Assembly: GCA_965221955.1 (NCBI GenBank)
Contig: CBDCTA010000002.1
Span: forward strand, 1-64,000
Reading direction: 5' to 3'
DNA length: 64,000 bases
Source of the DNA: Gammaproteobacteria bacterium
GTDB taxonomy: Bacteria > Pseudomonadota > Gammaproteobacteria > UBA4575
A model generated the notes under the pieces. The model was not told where the DNA came from. It saw nothing but the letters and a program-made list of their open reading frames with translations, and did no database searches. Positions 50,389 to 60,287 of this stretch are shown one piece after another (position 1 is the first letter of the stretch; each line of letters begins with the position of its first letter). Made by a program: the position numbers and the translations under genes.

Positions 50389-51933
50389 GTGGCATTATTA
50401 AATAACCCTGATTTAGTAGCTCGATTAGAGCGTTGTATAGATTTGCCTACACCACCCGGTGTGGCTGAACAAATCATTGAGTTAAGTGCAGATCCAAACA
50501 GTGATATAGGTGTATTGGCTGAAGTTGTTAGTCTAGATCCGGCTTTAACAGTTAAAGTTCTGCGCATGGCAAATTCTCCCATGTATGCAAGAAATGCGAA
50601 AGTGGAAACGTTAGAACAAGCCGTGATGATGTTTGGGTGGAACGGTACCTTAAACCTAGCATTAAGTTTTTCATTAGTATCAAAAATTAATTCAAACTCA
50701 GATGAAGGGCTTGATTATAACTTCTTCTGGAAACGCTCTATATCGGCAGCTGTATCAGCAAAACATTTTGCTAAGGTTGTTGGCATCGAAAGTAGAAAGG
50801 AAGACCTCTTCTTACCAGGTTTATTACAAGACATCGGTATGCTCGCTTTAGATAAAGCTGTACCAGATTTGTATAACAATATTCTTGATGATCAACATCA
50901 ACACAAAGTTGTGCAAAAAATTGAAAAAGAAAAACTCAGTGTTGACCATGCTGTAGTTGGTGCTTGGTTATTAGACAGATGGAATTTGCCTGAAAGAATA
51001 ATTGATTTAGTTTCTATTAGTCACAATGAAGAGCGTTATGCTAATGTGGGGAACACAACACCTGCCGAAAACTGTATCGAAGTTTCTAATGTTCTTGCTG
51101 ATTGTATCTGTAGTGATGTAGATAAAAAAGACTATGGCTATGCTGCAAATGTATGTGAGAAACTCTTGGGAATTGATCAAGAAGGATTTTTAGATAATCT
51201 AAAAGGTATTGTTGATGAAATTCAAGATACTGCGATAATTTTTGAATTAGATGTTGGTGATCCAAGACTTTTAAATTGTATTGCTGAGCAAGCTAAAGAG
51301 CTATTGTTGTTGCGCAGCATGGAGTCTCTAAAGACTGCTGAAGAATTACATCATGAAGCAGAGTATTTAGAATCTAAAGCAAAAAAACTTGAAGATTCAG
51401 CCAGATTAGATGGACTCACTAAAATATATAACCGTGGATATTTAGAGAAAGCAATTGAGAGTGAATTTGAGTCCTCTAACCTACGAAATTCACCTTTTGC
51501 AGTTGTAATGGTCGACTTAGATCATTTTAAAAAAATAAATGATGAATATGGCCATAGTTGCGGTGATAAAGCTTTAGTCTATGCAGTCGAAATTCTTAGA
51601 TCTTGTATACGTGGAACAGACTCCTTATTTAGATATGGTGGTGAGGAATTTGTAGCGATATTGCCAAATACTAATGATGCGGGAGCAGAAAGTTTCGCCA
51701 CTAGAGTAATCGAAACATTTAATAATAAAAGATTCGTAATTGAAAAAGAAAGTATTAATTTTCCACTCACAGCTTCACTAGGTGTTGTGACACATGGAGA
51801 GAACTATGAGTTTGATAATTGGGAGCATCTGTTAAATATAGCGGACTATTGTTTATATGCATCGAAAGCAAATGGCCGTAATCAATATACGCTGTATAAG
51901 GAAGATGATATAGCAAAGGCTGCTGTGGGTTAA
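50389..51933 (+). CDS. HDOD-GGDEF diguanylate cyclase
   Basis: 'DPALTVKVLRMANS', 'GLLQDIG', 'DLDHFKKINDEYGH', 'RYGGEEF'. Confidence 0.92.
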   Translation: MALLNNPDLVARLERCIDLPTPPGVAEQIIELSADPNSDIGVLAEVVSLDPALTVKVLRMANSPMYARNAKVETLEQAVMMFGWNGTLNLALSFSLVSKINSNSDEGLDYNFFWKRSISAAVSAKHFAKVVGIESRKEDLFLPGLLQDIGMLALDKAVPDLYNNILDDQHQHKVVQKIEKEKLSVDHAVVGAWLLDRWNLPERIIDLVSISHNEERYANVGNTTPAENCIEVSNVLADCICSDVDKKDYGYAANVCEKLLGIDQEGFLDNLKGIVDEIQDTAIIFELDVGDPRLLNCIAEQAKELLLLRSMESLKTAEELHHEAEYLESKAKKLEDSARLDGLTKIYNRGYLEKAIESEFESSNLRNSPFAVVMVDLDHFKKINDEYGHSCGDKALVYAVEILRSCIRGTDSLFRYGGEEFVAILPNTNDAGAESFATRVIETFNNKRFVIEKESINFPLTASLGVVTHGENYEFDNWEHLLNIADYCLYASKANGRNQYTLYKEDDIAKAAVG

Positions 51934-51957
51934 TTCATAAATCTAAGAAGTATTATT

Positions 51958-52917
51958 ATGGAACTATGTTTACAAGATTTATTGGACAGTGAAACGTTTG
52001 TCTTATTAGAAGAATGTGGTGACTTGCCAAGCCCTCCAGGTGTGGCAGATCAAATAATTCACCTTAGCTCAAATGCAAATTCTGATATTGATACGCTTGC
52101 TGAAATAGTGAGTTTCGATCCCGCACTTACAGCAAAAATTTTACGTATTGCAAATTCATCTTTATATGCGCGTAGAACAAAAACTGAAAATATTCAACAA
52201 GCAGTTGTTATGTTTGGTTGGGAAGGGACGTTGAATTTAGCACTTAGTTTCTCACTTGTTGGGAATTTAAAGGATGATGGTGATGGCTTGGATTATAGTT
52301 ATTTTTGGAAGCGATCTTTAGCAACAGCAGTTGCATGTCGATGCTTGGCAGGTGCCACGGGCTATACAAAGAAAGAAGAATTATTTCTTCCAGGATTATT
52401 GCAGGATATTGGAATGCTTGCGCTTGATAAAGTGCATCCAGAATTGTATTTAGGAATTGGAAAAAAGCAGCAAGACCATCAAAGTTTGATTGAATTTGAA
52501 AAAAGTAAATTAGGCTTTGATCATGCTGTAGTGGGAGCTTGGTTGTTAAATAAATGGGATATTCCTGAAAAAATTACAGAGCTTGTAGAAGTCAGCCACG
52601 GTAGTGGATTAGATTTATTGGATGATAGCAACAAAGATGCAGCAAAGTGTGTAGCGTTTGCTGGAGAGTTAGCTGACTGCATTTGTTTTGATCACACAGA
52701 CCAGGGATACCTTAAAGAAGCAGATCGAGCTGAGAAAGAATTCGGGATCGATATCTTAGATTTTATGAATTTGATTGGTACTATGACTCGAGAATTTTTA
52801 GAAACTGCGAACGTATTTGATGTCGAAATTGATGATCCTGACATTCTCGAAACAGTAGCTGAAATGGCTAAAATGACGCTTGAATTAAGTGGAGCAAATA
52901 GTAATCAAGCAGCATAA
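51958..52917 (+). CDS. Stand-alone HDOD domain protein, paralog of the upstream HDOD domain
   Basis: 'DPALTAKILRIANS', 'FLPGLLQDIGMLALDK', 'DHAVVGAWLL'. Confidence 0.9.
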   Translation: MELCLQDLLDSETFVLLEECGDLPSPPGVADQIIHLSSNANSDIDTLAEIVSFDPALTAKILRIANSSLYARRTKTENIQQAVVMFGWEGTLNLALSFSLVGNLKDDGDGLDYSYFWKRSLATAVACRCLAGATGYTKKEELFLPGLLQDIGMLALDKVHPELYLGIGKKQQDHQSLIEFEKSKLGFDHAVVGAWLLNKWDIPEKITELVEVSHGSGLDLLDDSNKDAAKCVAFAGELADCICFDHTDQGYLKEADRAEKEFGIDILDFMNLIGTMTREFLETANVFDVEIDDPDILETVAEMAKMTLELSGANSNQAA

Positions 52918-53034
52918 TCAAAAGCTCCTCTCTATAATAATTAATTTTTCCACAATTGTAGCATTCGCTATAATGGTTTCGTTTTATACTTAATATAGTT
53001 TAAGAAATTTAAACTTCTGGATAAACGTATATTT

Positions 53035-53592
53035 ATGAACCTTTATGACGATGAAAAAATAGAAATAGCTATATTAGGAAGTGGCAAATTATCTGATTTG
53101 ATAATTGAAAAGCTAATACCTACTCAAATTACTATTAATATTTTAGAGTCTGATAAAAATCCATACTCTGGAAATTGTAGTGTCCAATCTCATAGCTCTA
53201 TATTAAGAGTCGTAAAATCATCTTCAATCATAATTACAATTCTTTCCGATGGTCCAGCATTAGAAGAAATGCTATTTGGCGAGCAAGGAATACTCAATTA
53301 TGTATCGAGTGTGAACACAATAGTTGATATGAGCTCTGTTTCGCCAGAGCTAATAAAAGAAATTTCAGAACAATTAGTAGAGAAAGAGGTTCCATTTCTA
53401 GATGCTGCGATTATTAATGAAGTGGCGAGTGAATCAGCTCTTATCCAAATGATATTGATTGGAGGAGAGGAGCATATATATAAGAGTGTTTTACCTGTTT
53501 TTCAGACAATCGCAGATGAGGTGAAACACATTGGTGAAAATGGGGCGAGTCAATTCTATCGACAAGCCTTTGGAGTGAGGGCTAAAAGGTAG
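53035..53592 (+). CDS. NAD(P)-binding domain of the 3-hydroxyisobutyrate/6-phosphogluconate dehydrogenase family, truncated and degenerate
   Basis: 'IVDMSSVSP', 'FLDAAI', 'HIGENGASQ'; ends before the helical C-terminal domain. Confidence 0.7.
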   Translation: MNLYDDEKIEIAILGSGKLSDLIIEKLIPTQITINILESDKNPYSGNCSVQSHSSILRVVKSSSIIITILSDGPALEEMLFGEQGILNYVSSVNTIVDMSSVSPELIKEISEQLVEKEVPFLDAAIINEVASESALIQMILIGGEEHIYKSVLPVFQTIADEVKHIGENGASQFYRQAFGVRAKR

Positions 53593-53780
53593 TAAATTAG
53601 CTGAATTATTCTAATGAGAGTGGTTAATAGCTAATATTAAAATACTTTTTAAAGTTTATTGATTTAATTCTGTAACCACTTGATTATATTAATAATGCAA
53701 GCTATCTTGTTTTTAAAATTACTAAAATGCTTATTGAAGTAATATAATTGCTAAACATGCACTAAATTGGTGAGGAAATT

Positions 53781-54017
53781 GTGTCGGTTGTTCAGTATTT
53801 AGATATTCCAAGTGCCTCAAGGTTTACTGGTATCTCAATCACAAAACTATACAGATTTATCCATGCAGGAGATCTATCCGCCCATAAGGAAAATGGGAAA
53901 CTCGTTGTCAAAGTTCAAGATATTTTGAGGATGAAATCACGAATAAAGGACAGTGAGCTGCTAGAGCCTGCCTTTATGAATTTTATTGCAGAAGTTAAGT
54001 CTAAAAATACAAATTAA
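53781..54017 (+). CDS. Small excisionase-like helix-turn-helix protein
   Basis: 'YLDIPSASRFTGISITKLYRFIHAGDL'. Confidence 0.7.
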   Translation: MSVVQYLDIPSASRFTGISITKLYRFIHAGDLSAHKENGKLVVKVQDILRMKSRIKDSELLEPAFMNFIAEVKSKNTN

Positions 54018-54030
54018 TTTTCAAGCTAAG

Positions 54031-54516
54031 TTAATTGCTCAGTTTGCAAAATTTACCCGCATGCCATACTGAAGGTGGGCAACTATTTACACTTAAAAAT
54101 TCAACTTGACCAACTAAAATAATATGGTCTCCACCTGGATAAACGTGACTAGTCTTACATTCTAATGATACAGGGCAGTTAGGGAGAATAGGTAGGCCAG
54201 TTGAGCCTTCAACAAATTCATCACCATCAAATTTGTCACATCCTTTAGTGGCAAATTTAAATGCGAGTGCTTCATGCTCATTATCTATGATATTAACTGC
54301 AAACGTGGTTTTTTTGTTGAAGGATTCAAAACAATCAGCATTATTTGCTAAACAAACTAGTATTAACGGCGGAGAAAGCGATAGTGAAGTAAAAGCAGAA
54401 GCTGTAAAGCCACAACGATCACCTTGGTCATTAATAGTTGTGACTATCGTAACGCCACTAGGAAAGCAAGCCATCGCCTGTTTAAAAGAATCATCATTAA
54501 TTTTGTTGGTTGGCAT
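54031..54516 (-). CDS. Flavin reductase (HpaC/RutF family)
   Basis: 'FPSGVTIVTT', 'SAFTSLSLSPPLILVC', 'GGDHIILVGQV'. Confidence 0.92.
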   Translation of the reverse strand: MPTNKINDDSFKQAMACFPSGVTIVTTINDQGDRCGFTASAFTSLSLSPPLILVCLANNADCFESFNKKTTFAVNIIDNEHEALAFKFATKGCDKFDGDEFVEGSTGLPILPNCPVSLECKTSHVYPGGDHIILVGQVEFLSVNSCPPSVWHAGKFCKLSN

Positions 54517-54638
54517 ATTGTCAAATTATAATTTTACTGCACGATTGAATATACACAATAAATCTACGGTTATCGATGTAATAGGAAATCGCTATTGTTA
54601 TTTTAGTATTTAATCATTTATCTTATACACTATTTACT

Positions 54639-54654
54639 TGCAATTTATATGCCA
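54639..54654 (-). promoter_or_regulatory. sigma54 promoter of the flavin reductase gene
   Basis: Minus strand TGGCATATAAATTGCA. Confidence 0.75.
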
Positions 54655-55001
54655 TTAATGTTTAAAAGTTTAATCTACTTAATCTTCGATTTAATAAGGT
54701 TATGCTATTAAAGTTCAGTGAGCTTAATTATTTATTTGTTTCAATATGAAAGCTTGAAAATTTTAACTTGTTCTTTTTGATACAAATGTTGTAGTGTAAT
54801 ACTAAACAAAATGTAGCAAATTGATAAATAAAGTATCAGCTACATTCTTTATGAAATCATTATAGTAATGAGAGTTAGTTTGGAAGTGGCTGTAAAGATG
54901 TAAGTTATTAAGTACAAAATCTTTTACAACCCGCTAAATGTGAGCATAAGAAATTGCAGCTATTTTTTTATATTACACAAACTAAACATTAAAATTGAGG
55001 A

Positions 55002-56402
55002 GTGAAAATGAAAATTTCTCATAAAATTTTAGTTGTTGAACATGATGTAGAGTTTGGTGAATCCGTGAAAATTTTGCTCGATGGTGAGCAAATGTCTGTA
55101 ACACATGTCTCAAAAGTTCATGATGCAATGAAAATGCTCTTGTCAGAGCATTATGATTTAATTTTGAGTGATCTAAAGTTAAGCGGTCCAACTGGCCTGG
55201 ACTTATTAAGAAAGGTTCGTGCTGAAAAGCTAGAAATACCGACGATCATTATGACTAGCTACACTTCTATTAAATGTGCTGCACAAGCATTGCGCCTTGG
55301 TGCTGCAGATTACATCCTAAAACCATTTACTGATTCATATTTATTACATGCTGTCGAGAGATGCTTAAAAGAAAAGTATATTCAAAAAGAAAATACTCTA
55401 TTACGACGAAATTTAAGCGCTGCACTACATACCAAGCAAGAAATAATTGGTGACAGTCATTCCATGCATGAGCTTAAGAAATTAATTAAAAGGGTTGGGC
55501 CAAGTGATGCAACTGTTCTTATACAAGGTGAAAGTGGTACTGGTAAAGAATTGGTGGCCTTAGGAATTCATAAAGAAAGTCCACGAAGAGAAGGTAGATT
55601 TGTTCCTGTTAATTGTGGCGCAATACCAATAGAGTTGATGGAATCTGAATTTTTTGGGCATGTAAAAGGTGCATACACGGGTGCTGTTTCAAGTAAAGTA
55701 GGGCTGATTCAAGAGGCGCATGGGGGAACTCTATTTTTAGATGAGATTTCAGAATTAGCACCAATGCTACAAGTGAAATTGTTGCGATTTATACAGGAAA
55801 AAATGATTAAGCCTGTAGGTGAAAGCAAATCTCATGAGGTAGATGTTCGTATTATTGCTGCATGTAATCGAGATTTACAAAATGAAGTTAATGAAGGGCG
55901 AATGCGAGAAGATTTATTTTATCGATTAAATGTCATTCAAATTTCTGTACCTCCGTTGCGTCAACGACTAGAGGATATAGAAATTCTCACACAATATTTT
56001 ATCAATCATTACAATAATAAATTAGGCAGGAAAATTGATAGTGTTGAAGATGAAGCGATTGACTTATTAAAAGAGTATCAATGGCCTGGAAATATTAGAG
56101 AATTAGAAAATTCAATTGAGCGCGCTGTAATATTAGCTAAAAGTGACGAACTGACTGCAGAAGATTTCAAACATATAAAATCAAATGGAGTAAATCAAAA
56201 ACCAATAAATGGTCAAGAGCATAAGTCACATGAGCCGATGTCAATAGAAGATTATACGCGTCGAGTAATTGAAAATTACCAAGATCGCTATAGTGAAATT
56301 GAACTTGCAAATTTATTAGGCATAGGGCGAAAAGCGTTATGGATGCGCCGAAATAGATGGGGACTGTTTAGGGATAAACCAAAAACAGCTGCAGAATTAT
56401 AA
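55002..56402 (+). CDS. sigma54-dependent response regulator, CbrB-like
   Basis: Receiver, 'GESGTGKE', 'GAYTGA'; HTH 'SIEDY...EIELANLLGIGRKALWMRRNRWG' resembles the CbrB C-terminus. Confidence 0.88.
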   Translation: MKMKISHKILVVEHDVEFGESVKILLDGEQMSVTHVSKVHDAMKMLLSEHYDLILSDLKLSGPTGLDLLRKVRAEKLEIPTIIMTSYTSIKCAAQALRLGAADYILKPFTDSYLLHAVERCLKEKYIQKENTLLRRNLSAALHTKQEIIGDSHSMHELKKLIKRVGPSDATVLIQGESGTGKELVALGIHKESPRREGRFVPVNCGAIPIELMESEFFGHVKGAYTGAVSSKVGLIQEAHGGTLFLDEISELAPMLQVKLLRFIQEKMIKPVGESKSHEVDVRIIAACNRDLQNEVNEGRMREDLFYRLNVIQISVPPLRQRLEDIEILTQYFINHYNNKLGRKIDSVEDEAIDLLKEYQWPGNIRELENSIERAVILAKSDELTAEDFKHIKSNGVNQKPINGQEHKSHEPMSIEDYTRRVIENYQDRYSEIELANLLGIGRKALWMRRNRWGLFRDKPKTAAEL

Positions 56403-56669
56403 GATATACATTAAAAATATTTTATAAGCGACATTTAATTTCTGTATATTTAAATTTATTTCAGATTAAATTTCCATTTTAGCTATTACTCATAACTTAT
56501 ATTCTTAAATAATAATTTACTAATTAGCTCGAAATAGTAGATAAATAAATTCGTTTAAAACAAAAATGTGTGCTTCTTTGTTTCTATCTAGATATGTTAA
56601 GTGTCTTTTAGAAACACTCTATTCTATTTAATTCTCTTAACCCTGTGAGTTTGCGCGGTTTGCATAAAC

Positions 56670-56685
56670 AGGAACGAAAATTGCT
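56670..56685 (+). promoter_or_regulatory. sigma54 promoter
   Basis: AGGAACGAAAATTGCT (GG-N10-GC). Confidence 0.65.
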
Positions 56686-56903
56686 TTATAATTTAAGTAA
56701 GGTATTCTCATGTGCCGCAAGTTTTTAATTATTTGCTTTTGATGGGTTTGTGTACTCCTTCAACATGAATTAAATTACTAATTTGCGGTTACATGAGATT
56801 ACTGAAAATTCAGAAATTAAAATAACTAAATATAAATCCTTGCTTTTTAATATTCATAGACATGCTATGCAATACACAAAAGTATTTATGTAGGAGGAAA
56901 AAA

Positions 56904-58332
56904 ATGAAGTTCTTTAACTTTACAAAGCTAACAGTGTTAACAATATCATTTGTTGCAATGTTAATTAGTCCTTTAGCAATTTTTGCTGAAGGTAAAATGT
57001 ATATTCCTATACCAAGTTATCGTGTAGGACCATACGCTGCAGGAGGAACAGGTTATTACGGCGGTATTCTTGATTACTATAATCTAATGAATATTCGTGA
57101 TGGCGGTGTAGGCGGTGTCAAACTCACTTGGTCAGAGTGTGAAACAGAATATTCTGTAGAACGAGGTGTTGAATGCTATAAGCGAATGAAAGACCGTGAT
57201 GGTGGGGCATTGTTTTTTGATCCTTTAAGTGTAGGTATAGCAATTGCCTTAAATGAAGTGGTTCGTAAAGATCAAATCCCTATGATCACAGTGAATCATG
57301 GCATGAGTGAAACTATTGATGGTGAGGTTTTCCCATATGTATTTCCATTAGGTATGGGTGTTCCTGATGAATACAATGCAACAGTTCGTTTTATGGCACA
57401 TTTAGAATCTGGTGAAAACCCTAATACGGTTGACATCAAGAAGGCTTTAGATGGCAAGAAAATTGTTACATTATTTCATGGGTCTCCTTATGGAAAAGAA
57501 GCACTTGATTACATGGACGCGATGGGTGAAGAGTATGGATTTGAGCATCATAGAATTGAAATTCCACACCCAGGTAACGAACAGCAAGCGCAATGGCTTC
57601 AGATAAGAAAAATTAAACCAGACTTTGTATTCTTACGTGGATGGGGAGTAATGAACCCTGTAGCAATGCAATCTGCAGCGCGTATTGGTTATCCAGTGTA
57701 ATCGTTTGATTGGAAATATTTGGAGTAATTCAGATGAAGATGTGGTGCCTGCGGGTAAAGCTGCACATGGCTATCAAGCTATTACCACACACCCTGCTGG
57801 TATTTTCGCGGATGTTCAAAATGAAATTATTGAAACCGTCTATGGTGGCGGAAAAGGTGATTTACAAGATAAAAGCCGTCTAGGAAGTGTGTATCATAAT
57901 CTTGGTATCACTGCTGGCATCATGCACGTAGAAGCGATTCGAAATGCTCAAAAACGTTGGGGTAATGTGCCTTTAACCGCACAGCAAGTGCGATGGGGCT
58001 TTGAAAACATTCACTTTGACGAAGCAAGAATTAAAGAGTTAGGTGCTGAAGGTTTGTTAGCGCCAATGTTAGTTACTTGTAAAGATCATGTAGGTGGACA
58101 TAATTCTAAATTCCAAAAATACAATGCTGAGAAACCCGTCAAGTGGGAAATTGTTACACCTTGGATTAAAAGCCAAGCACCAATTGATGGGCTCTATGCG
58201 TCAGCTGAGAAATATCGTGCAGATAACGAAATAGAGAAGCGTAACTGTGACGATGAAAATGATCGTAATAACTGGACGCTATCAGGCGATCAGCCAGCTG
58301 TTCCTGCAGGTGTAAGCACTTGGGGCAGTTAA
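56904..58332 (+). CDS. Branched-chain-amino-acid-fold ABC substrate-binding protein, split by a +1 frameshift near 57699
   Basis: RBS AGGAGG, signal peptide, 'YRVGPYA...ECETEY...GVECY', 'HPGNEQQAQWLQIR'; removing one T joins GYPV to NRLIGNIWS. Confidence 0.85.
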
Positions 58333-58593
58333 AAGGTATTGTGTCTAGATAGTAAATCTATCTACTTGTACATTAGCTGCGCTTTCAAAACGTAGAACAA
58401 CGCATTAGCCACTGAGCAAAAGGCAAGCCGGGTTACAGGAAGTAACTCGTTACAAGGAAGTGCGTCCGGTTTCGTTCAATGAAACACAAAAATTCGTTTC
58501 TTTTTGACCTATGTTTCTAAAATGAAACATAATATAGTTCTGTGTAAAAACTTATAGTATATTTATAATTGTATCGATAGATCATGGGTCTTA

Positions 58594-58610
58594 TGGCATA
58601 ATAAAATGCA
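58594..58610 (+). promoter_or_regulatory. sigma54-like promoter of ribBA with one extra base
   Basis: TGGCATAATAAAATGCA (GG-N11-GC) in an insertion-rich region. Confidence 0.5.
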
Positions 58611-58674
58611 GAATTAGAGCACAATCGCTGCAAGTTTTTATTCAAGGCAATAACTTATATTCAGTAAGTCATCT

Positions 58675-59916
58675 ATGGGTGAAGTTCAATTTAATAGTAT
58701 TTCTGAAGCATTGATTGATTTGCGTCGAGGTAAGTTAGTAATCGTAGTCGATGATGAATGTCGTGAGAATGAAGGTGATTTCATAGGAGCGGCAGATAAA
58801 TGTACCCCTGAAATGATCAATTTCATGGCTACTCATGGTAGAGGTTTAATTTGTACTGCAATTACAAGAGAACGAGCAGATGAGCTTAATTTAGATTTAA
58901 TGGTATGCTGAGTCAGACAATGATTCATTGCACATGAAACACCGTTTTCACAACTTCTGTAGATTTTAAACATGGAACAACAACAGGAATTTCTGCAGCA
59001 GATCGATCGAAAACAGTTAAAGCTTTGTCAGACCACAAATATTAGATGGGGAAAGATTTTGCACGACCTGGGCATATCTTTCCATTACGTGCGGCTAGAA
59101 GGAGGGGTATTTAGAAGAAATGGTCATACTGAAGCAACGATAGATTTAATGGATTTAGCAGGTTTAAAAAAGCCGGTGTTCTGTGTGAAATTATGAATGA
59201 AGATGGTTCACCATGGCGCGTCTTGCCTGAACTTACAAGACATTGGCAAAGATGCATGGATTAAAGATTAATAAGTATAAAAGACTTAATCCAATATAAA
59301 TTACGTTATGAGTCTAGAGTTCAGCGTGTAGTTACGGTTGATTTGCCAACAAATGGGGCGATTTTGAGTTAGTCGCGTTTAGTGATATTTATACTGATAA
59401 AGAACATTTAGCAATCGTCAAAGGGTCATGGGGAAAAGATGATGAAGTCATTGTGCGAATACATTCTGAATGTTTGACGGGTGATGTATTTGGTTCGTCA
59501 CGTTGTGATTGTGGGGATCAACTTCAATCATCAATTAAAAATTCATCAATGAGCATGGCGCTGGAGTCGTTTTATATATGCGAGAAGAGGGAAGAGGCAT
59601 TGGATTGCTTAGTAAACTTAAAGCCTACTCATTACAAGAATGTGGCTTAGATACTGTTCAAGCAAATAGAGCATTAGGATTTGATGCAGATCATCGAGAC
59701 TACACTGTAGCAGCACATATACTAAGTGCATTGCATGTTGAACGAGTTCAGTTGTTAACAAATAATATGAATAAATGTTGTTGGATGGAGAAACATGGAA
59801 TTGAGTGTACAAAAAGAATTCCGATCTTGTCACCATGTGAAGATCACGAATACCGAAAAAAATATTTAAATACTAAAAAAGAGAAAATGGGTCATGTAAT
59901 CCCCATGAAGAAATGA
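58675..59916 (+). pseudogene. ribBA: Bifunctional DHBP synthase / GTP cyclohydrolase II with multiple frameshifts (pseudogene or sequencing error)
   Basis: Motifs spread across frames: '[12 protein letters not shown]', 'TTGISAADR', 'RPGHIFPL', 'GHTEA', 'RIHSECLTGDVFGSSRCDCG', 'EGRGIGL', 'KKEKMGH'. Confidence 0.9.
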
Positions 59917-59980
59917 AAGAGATAAATTATTAATTGTTTTAACCTGGATTATTTAATGGAGAAATTTCGTAGGAGGAAAA

Positions 59981-60169
59981 ATGTCTGAGAATGAAGAATT
60001 TGGTTTAAAGGACTTAACTGCAGAAATGATAAAAATCGTAAGGAATGAGACAAGAGCTGGAACAATAGACTGTAGGGATGCGTTGATTGAAAGTAAGGGA
60101 GATACGGATAAAGCGATAGAGATTTTGAAAGAGAAGGGAATTGGAACACCAAAAAAAGTTTGGACGTAA
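59981..60169 (+). CDS. Stand-alone EF-Ts N-terminal (UBA-like) domain protein, 62 aa
   Basis: 'TAEMIKIVRNETRAGTIDCRDALIESKGDTDKAIEILKEKG' parallels the EF-Ts N-terminus '[29 protein letters not shown].AI'; strong RBS AGGAGG. Confidence 0.75.
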   Translation: MSENEEFGLKDLTAEMIKIVRNETRAGTIDCRDALIESKGDTDKAIEILKEKGIGTPKKVWT

Positions 60170-60287
60170 GAATTATGCCTTTTGCAACGGTTGTATTATT
60201 GAATATATTTAACTTGATAAATAATTGTTCAAAGAATGCAGAGAAAATTGATACATAGTCGACTATATAAGAGAACAGAGGTGAAAA

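Noticed and set aside
53781-54017. Excisionase-like HTH as a sign of a prophage or integrative element
   Set aside because: No integrase, att repeats, tRNA or phage genes nearby
59981-60169. Genuine tsf gene
   Set aside because: Only 62 aa, lacks the core domains and the rpsB/pyrH context
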